Assembly: GCF_006345805.1 (NCBI RefSeq)
Contig: NC_042998.1
Coordinates: forward strand, 54,808,001-54,872,000
Reading direction: 5' to 3'
DNA: 64,000 bases
Source of the DNA: Octopus sinensis
Lineage: Eukaryota
The position numbers and the translations under genes were made by a program. Below the pieces are notes generated by a model. That model saw only the letters and a list, made by a program, of their open reading frames with translations. It made no database searches and was not told the DNA's origin. The first letter of the stretch is position 1. The number at the start of each line of letters is the position of its first letter. Shown here piece by piece: positions 12,256-24,070 of the stretch.

Positions 12256-12370
12256 TTCCTGACAAAGAGCTGTGCTCGAAACGTCAAAAACTCTCTCTTA
12301 CCGAGCATCAAACTATGCATGTCCTCTTGTTTGTTATTGTTATTTTTAATGTTCATTCATTTGATTTGAC
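12256..12370 (+). mobile_element. Short (TA)n-flanked Penelope-like remnant with degenerate minimal hammerhead motif
   Basis: CTGACAA-A-GAGC tgt GCTC-GAAA-CGT-C at 12259-12285. G8 position is A and stem I is not well formed. Confidence 0.45.
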
Positions 12371-12403
<33 letters not shown>

Positions 12404-12554
12404 CAGTAAGGTTTTACCATTTTTACCAATTATATATATATATATATCGCTCAATCATTGCACAATTCCACAGCATCATATAACAGAAACAGTTGTAAGC
12501 TAATTTATCATCCCATTTTCTTATATATTATATATATATTATTATATATACATA

Positions 12555-12743
12555 TGCAGGTGGCACGTAAAAAACACCCACTACACTCGCGGAGTGGTTG
12601 GCGTTAGGAAGGGCATCCAGCCGTAGAAACACTGCCAGATCTGACTGGGCCTGACGAAGCCTTCCAGCTTCACAGACCCCAGTTGACCCGTCCAACCCAT
12701 GCTAGCATGGAAAACGGATGCTAAACGATGATGATGATGATGA

Positions 12744-12747
<4 letters not shown>
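12555..12747 (+). mobile_element. 5'-truncated RTE 3' end with (GAT)n tail
   Basis: Close match to 21535-21728. Confidence 0.85.
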
Positions 12748-12795
<48 letters not shown>

Positions 12796-12909
12796 TACAT
12801 ATATATGATGGGCTTCTTTTGGTTTCCATCTACCAAATCCACTGACAAGGCTTTGGCCAACCCTAGGTGATAGTAGAAGGCACTTGCCCCAGATGCCACA
12901 CATTGGGAC

Positions 12910-13705
12910 TTTGGTTTTAGCTAGTTTGACTCTAAGGACCTTCAGTTCTAATCCTTGCTTCCACACCTGAAACTTTTCCTCTAGTTCTGATTAGTGACTC
13001 AGCAATTAGAGCAAGGTCATCAGCATAGAGGAGCTCCCAAGGGCATCCTGTCTTGAATTCCTCTGTTATTGCCTGGAGGACTATGATGAATAAGAGGGGC
13101 TGAGGACTGATCCTTGGTGGATCCCTACCCCTACCCAGAATTCTTCACTGTTCTTGTTGCCAACCCTCACCTTACTGACAGCATCCCTGTACATGGCTTG
13201 CACAGCACTCTATCCCTAGTTTCCTCATTGACCACTAGATAAGGGATCGGGGAACCTTGTCAAAGGCTTTCTCCATGTCAATGAAAGCCAGGTACAGAGG
13301 TTTATCTTTGGCTAGGCATTTCTCTTGCAGCTGTCTTACCAATAATGTAGCATCAGTGTTGCTTTTCCCTGGCACAAACCCAAACTGTATATCATCTAGA
13401 CCGACTCTCTCTCTAATTAGTTGGGCTATGATCCTCTCTGTGACCTTCATTACCTGATCCAACAACTTGATACCTCTGTAATTATTTATATCTAAAGCGC
13501 CTCCTTTACCTTTGTAGCAGTTGACTACTGCTACACAAGTCATTGGGTATGACTCCTTCATGTATCACCTGGTTAACTATACAGGTGATTAGGCTATAGC
13601 TGACACCACCAGATATTTTGAACATCTCTGTGGTGATTCCTGATGGGCTGGGGGCTTTCCCTGTCTTCATACCCTTAATTGCTTTATCTACCAAGGTATT
13701 CTTCG
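12910..13705 (-). pseudogene. Internal reverse-transcriptase fragment of the same RTE family
   Basis: Minus-strand ORFs give NYRGIKLLDQVMKVTER, QFGFVPGKSNTDATLLVRQLQEK and LAFIDMEKAFDKVPR; ctctatgctgatgac (LYADD) is present on the minus strand. Colinear with about 19500-20300. Confidence 0.93.
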
Positions 13706-14383
13706 TGTGGCTGGGAAACAAGCTTCTTACCACATTTATGATCATGTGATATGAAAGCTGGAGCAATTTATATTAGCGTCCCTTTACGTCTCAAAACTTA
13801 ACAGTCCAACAAATAAAGCTCGATAAGTTAAGGACCAGCCTGATATAAGTATAGGGTAGCAGGGGTGGCGATGCGGTTGACTACACCTTTCAAGTCACTG
13901 CACCAGCATGGCCACAGTCCAATGACTGAAACCCAGCAAAAGAATAGAAGAATATATGTGTAGATTTTTTTCTTTTTTTTTCTGCTTTAAAATATTCCAA
14001 GCATTTGATTGTGAGTATCTGTATCCATGTGTTGCTGTGTGTATTTCATTCTGCTAACTGTTTATATACACCCTTTCTTAAATATAAACACTGATTTGTC
14101 AGTTTACATAAGTTATTTGATGGCAGAAATGAGAAAAATCTTGAATTTTCAATTTAGCTCTTGATAGCAAGCAAGACACTCGTGTTGTTTATGCTCTCTG
14201 CTTAACTCATACCCATTCTCTATTGTACTCTACTCTTTCATTCATTCTTTCTAAAGAACTGTGTTCATTTGTTTTTAACTACTGATTTATGGTAATAACT
14301 GCTCATCGGGATCATCATCATCATCATCTCTCTTTCTTTCTCTTGTTTTCTTTCTCTCTCTCTCTTTTCTTTTGGAAGTGAGC

Positions 14384-14641
14384 AGGAAAAAAGGAGAGAA
14401 AAAATATTAAATATATGCTTGTTAGTGTTTCTGTAGAAACACTAATAAGCATATATTTAATATTTTTTCTCTCCTTTTTTCCTCTCCTTGTTTCTCTCCT
14501 TGTTTTTTCTGTGTCCCTTTCTGTAGAAGAGCGTAGGCTCGAAACGTAAAAGACTTTTTCTATTCCTGAGCATTATACTAATACATCTGTTTGTTTTGTA
14601 CACCACCTGTCTCCGTCTTTTTTTTTTTCGTAAACTCTCCC
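14384..14641 (+). mobile_element. Penelope-like remnant with 100 bp 5' fold-back and hammerhead motif
   Basis: Palindrome 14384-14483 (one mismatch, 2 nt centre), pyrimidine-rich linker, hammerhead-like motif, ends at (TA)n. Confidence 0.55.
14517..14552 (+). ncRNA. Minimal type I hammerhead-like motif (A6U core variant, palindromic stem III)
   Basis: CTTT - CTGTAGA - A - GAGC gtag GCTC - GAA - ACGT - A - AAAG. Stem I is 4 bp, stem II is 4 bp, ACGU is self-complementary, GUA cleavage triplet. Confidence 0.55.
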
Positions 14642-14654
14642 TATATATATATGT

Positions 14655-15058
14655 ATATACTTTTACTTTTACTTGTCTCAGTCATTTGATTGCAGCCATG
14701 CTGGAGCACCGCCTTGAAGGGTTTTAGTTGAACAAATTGAACCCAGGGCTTATTTTTGTTTTTTTAAGTCGTAGTATTTATTTTATCGGTCTCTTTTACC
14801 AAACTGCTAAATTACGGGGATGTAACCACACCAACACTGGTTGTCAAGCAGTGATGGCGGCAGCAAACACACACGAAGGTATATACATATGCACACACAC
14901 ACACAATAGGCTTCTCTACTTTCCGTCTACCAAATTCACTCACAAGTCTTTGGTCAGCCCAAGGCTTTAGTAGAAGACACTTGCCCAAGGTGCCACACAC
15001 TGGGACTGAACTTAGAATCATGTGGTTGGGAAGCAAGATTTTTACCACACAGCCATGC
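14655..15058 (-). mobile_element. SINE family 1
   Basis: Reverse complement of the 2721-3178 family. Confidence 0.85.
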
Positions 15059-15890
15059 CTGTATTTATATATGTATGTATATGTACATGTGTGCATATAT
15101 GTATGTGGGTATATATGTATGTATGTATGTATATATATGTACATGTGTACATATATATATGTAGCTCTGTATCACTGTATTCTGTCTGCTAATGTATAGT
15201 AATAACTGCTCATAACAATTATCACCATCATTACTTTCTTTCTCCGTCTCCATCTCCCTCTCTCTCTCTTTCTCTCTCTCCTGTTAATTTCTTTATTAAC
15301 CATGAGGTTGAGAAAAAGGGGGGACGATACGAAGACAGACAAAACATCAAATGAGACAAAACGTATCAATAAACAAGCAATTAAAATGTATACAATTAAA
15401 TGAGAACAACTGATTTACAAAAAAATGAACCACATACTCACTCTGAAGTGGTGGTGGTGTCTAAAGTCAACTTTACCTTTCATCATTTCAGGGTTGATAA
15501 TGTAAGTACCAGTCAAATTTTGGGGTTCAATGTAATTGATTTGCCCCCTCCCATCAAAATTGTTGGCTCTGTGCCAAAATTAGCAATAATTATTGGTTTA
15601 TATTAAATTCGAACTATCAAAATGTCATGTCATATATATGGTGATTATCAATAGTACCATTCCCAGCAGTTGCAAGGATTCATTCCAAAGATAAAGTCTT
15701 ATTATTAACAAGTCTTAGATATTAACCTAATTCTAACATTGATGGGAGCTTTCATAACATATATGGTATCTTTGGTAATAGCTTTAATTTTGCTTTGTGT
15801 CAGTGAGACATACATATGTGTTAAATTTGTGTGTATATATATATATATATTCACACACACACACACATGTATCTATCTGTATGTGTGTGT

Positions 15891-15922
<32 letters not shown>

Positions 15923-15923
<1 letters not shown>

Positions 15924-16765
15924 GGGTGCGATGGGTAAATTGTTGCCATTTTACGTTTTTAATTTCGCACATGTGCATTGTTTGTTTTTGATTTTGTTAA
16001 TTACACAGTATAGTAGGGTCAGTTGGGCACCATCTGTGAGAAAAACAGCACCATGACGTAATTCACTCTGCCAGAAATCTGGAAATTACATTCTGTATTG
16101 CTTGGCATCTGTGCCGGAAATTCCACTGGAAGCTTCAATACAAACATGAACCTAGAGTGATAAAATTCAAACATCCAGTCAACATCATGGTGTTTAGAGT
16201 GATGGCAACGTTATGTCTCCATACATCTTCCTACACAGCCTCAGACTCAACACGGTGGCATACATCAAGTGCCTGGAGAAGGTTTTGCTGCCCTGGGTTA
16301 AGAGGGTAGCTGCTGGAAGATCCTATGTCTGGCAACAGGACTCTGCACCATGCCACACACGCAGGAGAACCCAGTCATGGCTGTCGGACAATTTCTGTAA
16401 CCACATCACCCCTAACATCTGGCCACCTAACTCCCCAGACTGCAACCCCTTAATTATTATGTGTGGGGTGCAGTTGAGTGCAAGACCAACAAAACTTCTT
16501 GTAACACCAAATATAAACTGAAAGCAAAGGTTATGTCAGCATTCACCAACTTAAACAAGGAGACCGTCCAGAAGAGTTGCAGGAGATTCTGAAGTTGTCT
16601 GGAGGCCGTGGTTGAAGCCAATGGCAATTTTATTGAATAAATTTACTGTCTAGTATTTCAAGATATTTTAATGTATTTTTGGTAAATATATCTGTTAAAA
16701 TGAGATGTCAGTGTTATTTTCATTTTTGCGTAATTAAGACAACAGTTTATTCACTGCACCCTCTG
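15923..16765 (+). mobile_element. Internally deleted Tc1/mariner DD37D (maT-type) transposon, transposase pseudogene
   Basis: ORF 16213..16521 has WQQDSAPCH...WPPNSPDCNPL then (frameshift) NYYVWG, i.e. 37 residues between the second and third catalytic positions. Upstream KHPVNIMVF. Imperfect TIRs agggtgcgatgggtaaattgttgcc / gacaacagtttattcactgcaccct, TA flanks. Confidence 0.88.
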
Positions 16766-16811
16766 TATATATATATATGTATATATATATATTATATATA
16801 TATATATATAT

Positions 16812-17009
16812 AGCACGGATTTTTGTCAGTGAACAGGTCGCGGATTTTAGCGACGAAAATATTTTGACAAATTAAACTTAAATGTTGAAGTGAATCGAAC
16901 GGCTTTTGTGTGTTTCTTAAATGGCTTATAAACACCTTCCACGCTGCAATTGTTTTCGTTTCAGCACACGCTCTCAGATCAAATGACTTGCTATGCGAGT
17001 ACATCTCCG

Positions 17010-17011
<2 letters not shown>
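16812..17011. mobile_element. Unclassified 200 bp CpG-rich insert between two (TA)n tracts
   Basis: Sharp compositional boundaries and retained CpGs; no TIR or ORF recognised. Confidence 0.45.
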
Positions 17012-17053
<42 letters not shown>

Positions 17054-17130
17054 AAGACAGAAAATGGAAAAATATTAATGAACAACAATTGACTTACATC
17101 AGTTGTTATTTATTTACATTATTATTATTC

Positions 17131-18105
17131 AAAATATCTAAAGAATACGCACAGATCATGAATGGCTAAAAGTTAAGTGAATCGTCCAACCTCGCTACGA
17201 CTACCTTCTTTCTTGCACTTATTCTTATTCTTTCTCTATTCTCCAATTTCCATCTCATTGTATTGTCCCTCATTCTTTCAGTATTCCCTCATTACCCTGT
17301 CTAGCTCAAACATTTTTTTTTTTTCGTTTAGACTTGTCTACAGGTTCATAGCCACTCTGATTTTTCAATTTTTCGTTTAGTGTTGTCTCCCGATTCATAC
17401 AAACCCATTTGCTAGCTCATACGATTAACAGAACCTCTTTACTCAGACACGGTGTTATATTAGCTATCAATAATGATATTCCCTCTGATTTTTCTGATTT
17501 TCAAACCTATTTATCTAATGTTTATTTATCGACAATGCCGTCCCCAGTCAAATTCCCTCACACGCTTATTGTCACGTGTCCCTTGACCTCTCTCCTAACT
17601 AACCCTATCTCTCTCTCTCTATGTCCCCCCTTCCATAACCATCATCGCCATGGTTCTCTATGCCCCCCCCCCATCCCAAAACCATCATCGCCATATATAA
17701 AAGAGCGATCGCATTTATCGTTAACCCCACTCGCTTCAAAATATCTAAAGAATACGCACAGATCATGAATGGCTAAAAGTTAAGTGAATCGTCCAACCTC
17801 GCTACGACTACCTCTTTCTTGCACTTATTCTTATTTTTTTCTCTATTCTTCATTTCCATCTCATTGTATTGTCCCCATTCTTTCAGTATCCCTCATTACC
17901 CTGTCTAGCTCAAACATTTTTTTTCGTTTAGACTTGTCTACAGGTTCATAGCCACTCTGATTTTTCAATTTTTCGTTTAGTGTTGTCTCCCGATTCATAC
18001 AAACCATTTGCTTGAGCTCATACGATAAACAGAACCTCTTTACTCAGACACGGTGTTATATTAGCTATCAATAATGATATTCCCTCTGATAATGATATTC
18101 CCTCT
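17131..18105. repeat. Direct repeat, R-U-R structure (two ~357 bp near-identical blocks, period about 607 bp)
   Basis: aaaatatctaaagaatacgcacagatc...gatattccctctgat at 17131 and 17738. An 18 bp tandem duplication (18071-18105) lies at the junction with the LINE. Confidence 0.9.
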
Positions 18106-21100
18106 AGCCCATGCCTCCCACACCCTCAGGGTTGGCACCCTCAACGTTGGCACTCTGAAAGGTAGGTCTGGTGAGATAGTCGAGATGCTTGAACGGAGAT
18201 GTGTGGATATATGTTGCATGCAAGAATAAGGTGGAGAGGAGGATCAGCTAGGTTCCTCACAGGCAAGGAACGCAGGTACAGATTTTCTGGGCAGGAACAC
18301 TGACGGGGTTGGTGGCGTGGGTATACTTATCGCTGAGAAATGGGTAGATAAAGTATTGAGGTAATCAGAGTATGTGACAGAATACTTAAGATTAGATTAG
18401 TGCTTCATCATAGTTTAGCAACCATTATATCAGCCTATGCTCCTCAGTCGGGGCTACCCGATGGACAGAAAGACCGATTCTATGACACTCTACTGCAGAC
18501 TACCTCGTTGACGAACGACAGAGACCTTATCTTTGTGGCTGGTGACTTCAATGGTCACGTTGGACGACATGCTGGGGGCTTCCATGGCGTACATGGAGGC
18601 TATGGCTATGGCTCCCGCAACGAGGAGGGAACCAGGCTGCTGGAGTTCTGCGATGCAAATAATCTTATGATTTGCAACACTAACTTCAGGAAACCTACCA
18701 GCCACCTAGTCACTTACCAATCGGGCCAACATACCAGCCAAATTGACTACATCCTTACAAGGCAAAGGGAGAGATGGCTGCTTATAAATGCCAAAACCTT
18801 CCCAGGTGAAGAATGTACCCCCCACATAGACTGGTAGTTTTGACTTTAGATCAGGACTAGGAGGACAACCAGAAGATGACAAATATGGAGAAGAAGGATC
18901 TGGAAGCTTAAAGATCCTGCAAATGGACAGAGATTTAGGGACATATTACTTGAAGCCTCTGACGAAGTAGAAGGGGATAGAGCATCACAGGGGGAAGACA
19001 GCTGGACGTTTCTAAGGGACAACTTGCTGAGAGCCACTGACCAGATCTGTGGCTGGTGCAAAGTCCCCTCTCGACCTAGAATAACGTGGTGGTGGAACAA
19101 TATTGTAGACAGGGCTATTAGAGAAAAGAGACAGGCTTGGAAGGTCTGGAAAAATGGGGGTAGCAGGGATTGTATCAGACTGCCAAAAGAGAAGCTAGGA
19201 GACAGGTTTATTTAGCCAGAGGGGAAGCAGATAAGAAAAAATTTGCCAATGTTCTGCGCCGTGAGGACCAAAGACTGGAGGTGTTTCGTGTTGCAAGACA
19301 GTGTGTGAGAGAGAATCGTGATGTGGTAGGAGAGAAGTGTGTTCGCATGGAAGATGGTTCACTTGCGCTAAATGAGGATGCAAAGAGAGAGTTTGGAGAT
19401 GCCACTATGAAAGGTTGCTGAATGAAGAAAATGAATGGGATAAAGAGAGTCTGCCGAATGTTGACCCAACAGAGGGACCAGCTATCCGAGTTGATAGTTC
19501 CGTGGTAGCTAAGGCAATTAGAAGCATGAAGACAGGGAAAGCCCCAGGCCCATCAGGAATCACTGCAGAGATGCTCAAAATGTCTGGTAGTGTCGGCTAT
19601 AGCCTAGTCACCGTATAGTTAATCAGGTGATACACAAAGGGGTCATACCCAATGACTGGTGTAGCAGTATAATAGTCAACTGCTACAAAGGTAAAGGTGA
19701 TGCCCTAGATACAAATAACTACAGAGGTATCAAGCTGTTGGACCAGGTGATGAAGGTTACGGAGAGGGTCATAGCCCAACTAATTAGAGAGAGAGTTAGT
19801 TTAGATGAGATGCAGTTTGGGTTTGTGCCAGGGAAAAGTACTACTGATGCTATATTCCTGGTAAGGCAGCTGCAGAGAAATACCTAGCCAAGATAAGCCC
19901 CTGTACCTGGCTTTTGTTGACATGGAGAAAGCCTTCGACAGGGTCCCCCGATCCCTTATCTGGTGGCAATGAGGAAACTAGGGATAGATGAATGGTTAGT
20001 GAGAGCTGTGCGGGCCATGTACAGGGACGCCGCTAGTAGGGTGAGGGTTGGAAATGTGTACAGTGAAGAATTCCGGGTAGAGGTAGGGTCCACCAAGGCT
20101 CAGTACTCAGCCCCCTCCTATTTATCATAGTCCTCCAGGCAATAACGGAGGAATTCAAGACAGGATGCCCTTGGGAGCTCCTCTATGCTGATGACCTTGC
20201 TCTAATTGCTGAGTCGCTATCAGAACTGGAGAGAAGTTTCAGGTGTGGAAACAAGGATTAGAATCGAAGGGCCTCAGAGTCAATCTAGCTAAAACCAAAG
20301 TCGTAATCAGTAGGAAGGTAGACAAATCACAAACACCTTCAGGTAGATGGCCCTGCTCGATCTGTAGAAAAGGTGTAGGTAGAAACTCTATAAGATGCAC
20401 CAAGTGTAAGCTATGGACACATAAGAGATGCAGCAATGTCAAAGGAAGGCTAACTAGGAAGATGGTTTTTGTATGTGGCAGATGCTCAGGAACAATAAAC
20501 ACTGAAAATGCTCTGAGACCAACTTCCGTCACTTTCCAGGGAGAAAAACTAGAAATAGTTGATAGTTTCCGTTACCTAGGTGACCAAGTCAGCAGCGGGG
20601 CAGGTGTGCTGAAGGTGTACTGCTAGAGTAAGAATAGCTTGGGCAAAGTTCAGAGAGCTCTTACCTCTACTGGTGACAAAAGGCCTCTCGCACAGAGTGA
20701 AAGGCAGACTGTATGATGCGTGTGTACGAACAGCCATGCTACATGGCAGTGAAACATGGGCCGTGACTGCTGAGGATATGCGTAAGCTCGCTAGAAATGA
20801 AGCCAGTATGCTTCGATGGATGTGTAATGCCGGTACTCACACTCGGCAGAGTGTAAGTACCTTGAGAGAAAAGCTGGACCTAAGAAGCATCAGTTGTGGT
20901 GTGCAAGAGAGACGTTTGCGCTGGTATGGTCATGTGGCGAGAATGGATGAAGATAGTTGTGTGAAAAAGTGCCACACCCTAGCGGTTGAGGGAACCTGTG
21001 GAAGAGGCAGACCCAGGAAAACCTGGGACGAGGTGGTGAAGCACGACCTTCGAACTTTAGGTCTCACTGAGGAAATGACTAGAGACCGAGACCTCTGGAG

Positions 21101-21728
21101 TGTGCTGTGCGCGAGAAGACCCGGCAGGACAAGTGAGTCCATAACCCGGCCTTCTACATGGGATGGAGCCAGCCTACGTATGCATACCTTCCTTTCTTGG
21201 GACACAAAACTCTACTTGTGAAGACGTGATGAGGCAAGTGAGGATCAGAATCGAAATCGATCAATGGAAATTGCGGATGTGCTACCAGTGCCGGTGCATG
21301 TCAAAACTCTGCTTGTGAAGACCCGTTGAGGCAAGTGACGATCAGAATCGAAATCGATCAATGGAAATTGCAGATGTGTTACCAGTGCCGGTGGCATGTA
21401 AGAGAACTTTCCGTTTCGCGACCGTTGCCAGCACCGCCCCGTTTCGTGTCCGTTGCCAGCCTGCCCTCGTGCCGGTGGCACATAAAAAGCACCATCCGTT
21501 CGTGGCCGTTTGCCAGCTCTGTCTGGCACCAGTGCAGGTGGCACGTAAAAAGCACCCACTACACTCACGGAGTGGTTGGCGTTAGGAAGGGCATCCAGCC
21601 GTAGAAACACTGCCAGATTTGACTGGGCCTGATGAAGCCTTCTGGCTTCACAGACCCCAGTAGAACCGTCCAACCCATGCTAGCATGGAAAACGGACGCT
21701 AAACGATGATGATGATGATGATGATGAT
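18106..21728 (+). mobile_element. Near full-length RTE-clade LINE (APE endonuclease, RT, PHD-type finger, 3'UTR, (GAT)n tail), frameshifted
   Basis: APE motifs LRVGTLNVGTLKGRS, AGDFNGHVG, SQIDYIL; RT motifs NYRGIKLL, QFGFVPGKSTTDAIF, LYADD (about 20182); C-terminal ERRLRWYGHVARM, GRGRPRKTW; probable stop at 21134-21136; tail GAT repeats. Single-ORF APE-RT layout typical of RTE. Confidence 0.96.
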
Positions 21729-23049
21729 GTGAGTCAATCGTTGTTTATCGATATTTCTCCATTTCCTGTCTTCTTTAAATTTTGATTCTTGATTAACTCA
21801 TGTTTATCCTTGTCTTTACCTATAATTTATGACCATAATATGCTTGCATATGTATGCCCATGGTTAAACATAGTTAATATACTGGTAGTGTAATGAATAC
21901 TTCTAGTCCTTTTTAGACAGTTATTTGTTGAAAGAAAATCTGCCTCAACGAATTTTATCTGACCCATGTAAGTATGGCAAAGAGGCTGGTAAAATAAGGA
22001 TATTTTTGTTTTTTGAGGTAGCTGTGTAATCATGTTGGTGTGGTTTAAGAAAGATATGGTTGGCATTTTTAGCTGGTCAACTAAACCTTAGATGCTCTGT
22101 CTTTATGGTAATGCCAACCATTTCTGCAGCAGTCAGCAATCAAGAGTAGTTCAGATCTATAGTAAACTAAGATTAAAATATAAGTAACTATAAGTTATAA
22201 ATGACTGAGTCTATTTATAGTTTCCACTTCTATAATGTCACTGACCCTGCTGGAAATAGCAACCAAATCCCCACCAAATTATACTCTACTGTTTTTGCTA
22301 ATAATGGATACTTTAGACAATATGACGTCTGTACACACATCTTTATATTGAAAATGTTACGACTGAAACCAGCATTATTGTTTGTACACAGTTTTGCTTT
22401 TATTGCTACCTATGTTTTGATATTTTATTTATTTTGTTTTAATTATTGTTGGCTTCCATTTTTGTACTCTGTGACCTTTTTGGACAGCCAGCTGATTGCA
22501 TTGAAATTAATTTAAATCTATTCATGCCGTCATTACTTTCCTCTTTGATGGATGAGTCAATTGATAATTTGACGTAATCAGCTTGTTTATCTCATCATTG
22601 CCTCTTTGCTCCTTTCAACAATAACAAGAATCTAAAAGGAGAGAGAGAGAGATGCTAGTCTGGTGCTGAATTCAGTTTTATACATGCATGCTCTCTCGTC
22701 ATTAAGTGGACATCAGTTCCTTTCTCAGTGCAATTGTTTGTATTGTTAAAACTCCTTTTGGACAATTTTCATTCTGTAACATTGACATCACCAGTAACAG
22801 TGATGACAATGGCAACATCAATACTAACACAACATTTTCAGTATTCTAATTATATTATTTTGTTTATATTTTTTTGTTTGTTTCTTTACTTTGAGTATTG
22901 TACTGCCTTTTCGCATAAAAAAAATTTTTTTTTTTCTGTCCTTCTATAAACTCCTTCTCTGCAGCTTCTGTTTTCTCTATTTGTAAATTGCATATAATTA
23001 TTATTGTTGTTTTTATTATTAACTAAAGAAATCATTATTATTTATTTAA

Positions 23050-24070
23050 TTAAGGTTGTGAGCTGGTGAAATCGTTAGCATGCTGAACAAAATGCTTAGT
23101 GGCATTTCATGCATCTTAATGTTCTGAGTTCAAATTCTGCTGAAGTTCACTTTGCCTTTCATCCTTTCAGGCTCAAAAAAATAAGTGCCAGTTGAGTGCT
23201 GAGGTTGCTGTAATCACCTTACCTCCTCTCTCAAAATTGCTGGCCTTTGTGCCAACATTTGAAATCATTATTATTTATTTAATTAAGGTGGCAAACTAGC
23301 AGAATTGTTAGCATACTGGACAAAATGGTTAGCAGCATTTACTTTGTCTTTGCAGTCTGAATTCAAATTCCACCAAGGTTGACTTTCATCTTTCAGGGTT
23401 GAGAAAAAAAATGACTAGTTGAGCACTTAGGTTGATGTAAATGACTTATCTTCTCTGAACTTGCTGGTCTTTGTACAAACATATAAAACAATTATAATTT
23501 GTTTACTTAACCCTTTTGTTATTATATTTCCATTGAGATGCTCTGTGTTTCTTTCAATTAATCTTAAATATAACAATGAATTAGGTAAAATAACTTAATT
23601 ATCATTAAGCTAGTGTTAGGAACATAATTTGTGACTAAGGTTTGGTGGAAGATTTTAATTCAGAACTTTTGAAAACAAGACATTTGTACTACAGAGCCAG
23701 AGCTGGTTCTAGGCAGGTTGGTATCAAAAGGCTTAAGGTGGCTAAACTGGCAGAATTGTTAGCATATTGAACAGAATGGTTGGTGGCATTTTGTCTGTCT
23801 TTACATTCGGAGTTCAAATTCAAGTTGTCTTTGCTTTTGTTTTCATCCTTTCGGGGTCAATAAAATAGGTACGAGTCAAGCACTGAGGAGTACACTGACA
23901 CTTCTGCCAGTTTTGCCTCTTTAATAATTTTGAGGGAGGGAACTAGTCAATTACATCAGCCCTAGTGCTTGACTGGTACTTATTTTATTGACCCTGAAAA
24001 GATGAAAAGCAAAGACAACTTCGGTGGAATTTGAACTCAGAATGTAAAGACAGACAAAATGTCACTAACC
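23050..24070. mobile_element. Cluster of degenerate family-2 SINEs (three +, one -) around a family-B MITE
   Basis: Repeated ctggcagaattgttagcat / gagttcaaatt / ttcatcctttc motifs; reverse copy at about 23920-24070. Confidence 0.7.
23507..23736. mobile_element. TTAA-flanked MITE family B
   Basis: TTAA-ccctttt.gtta ... tatcaaaaggc-TTAA; homologues at 58127-58790 and 63851-64000. Confidence 0.78.

Noticed and set aside
16950-16982. Minus-strand CTGAGAGCGTGTGCTGAAAC as a hammerhead
   Set aside because: The core lacks N7 and there is no GUH/stem III after GAAAC.
21629-21650. CTGATGA followed by a hairpin in the RTE 3' tail
   Set aside because: No GAAA follows; GAAGCC-ttct-GGCTTC is better explained as the 3' stem-loop of the LINE.
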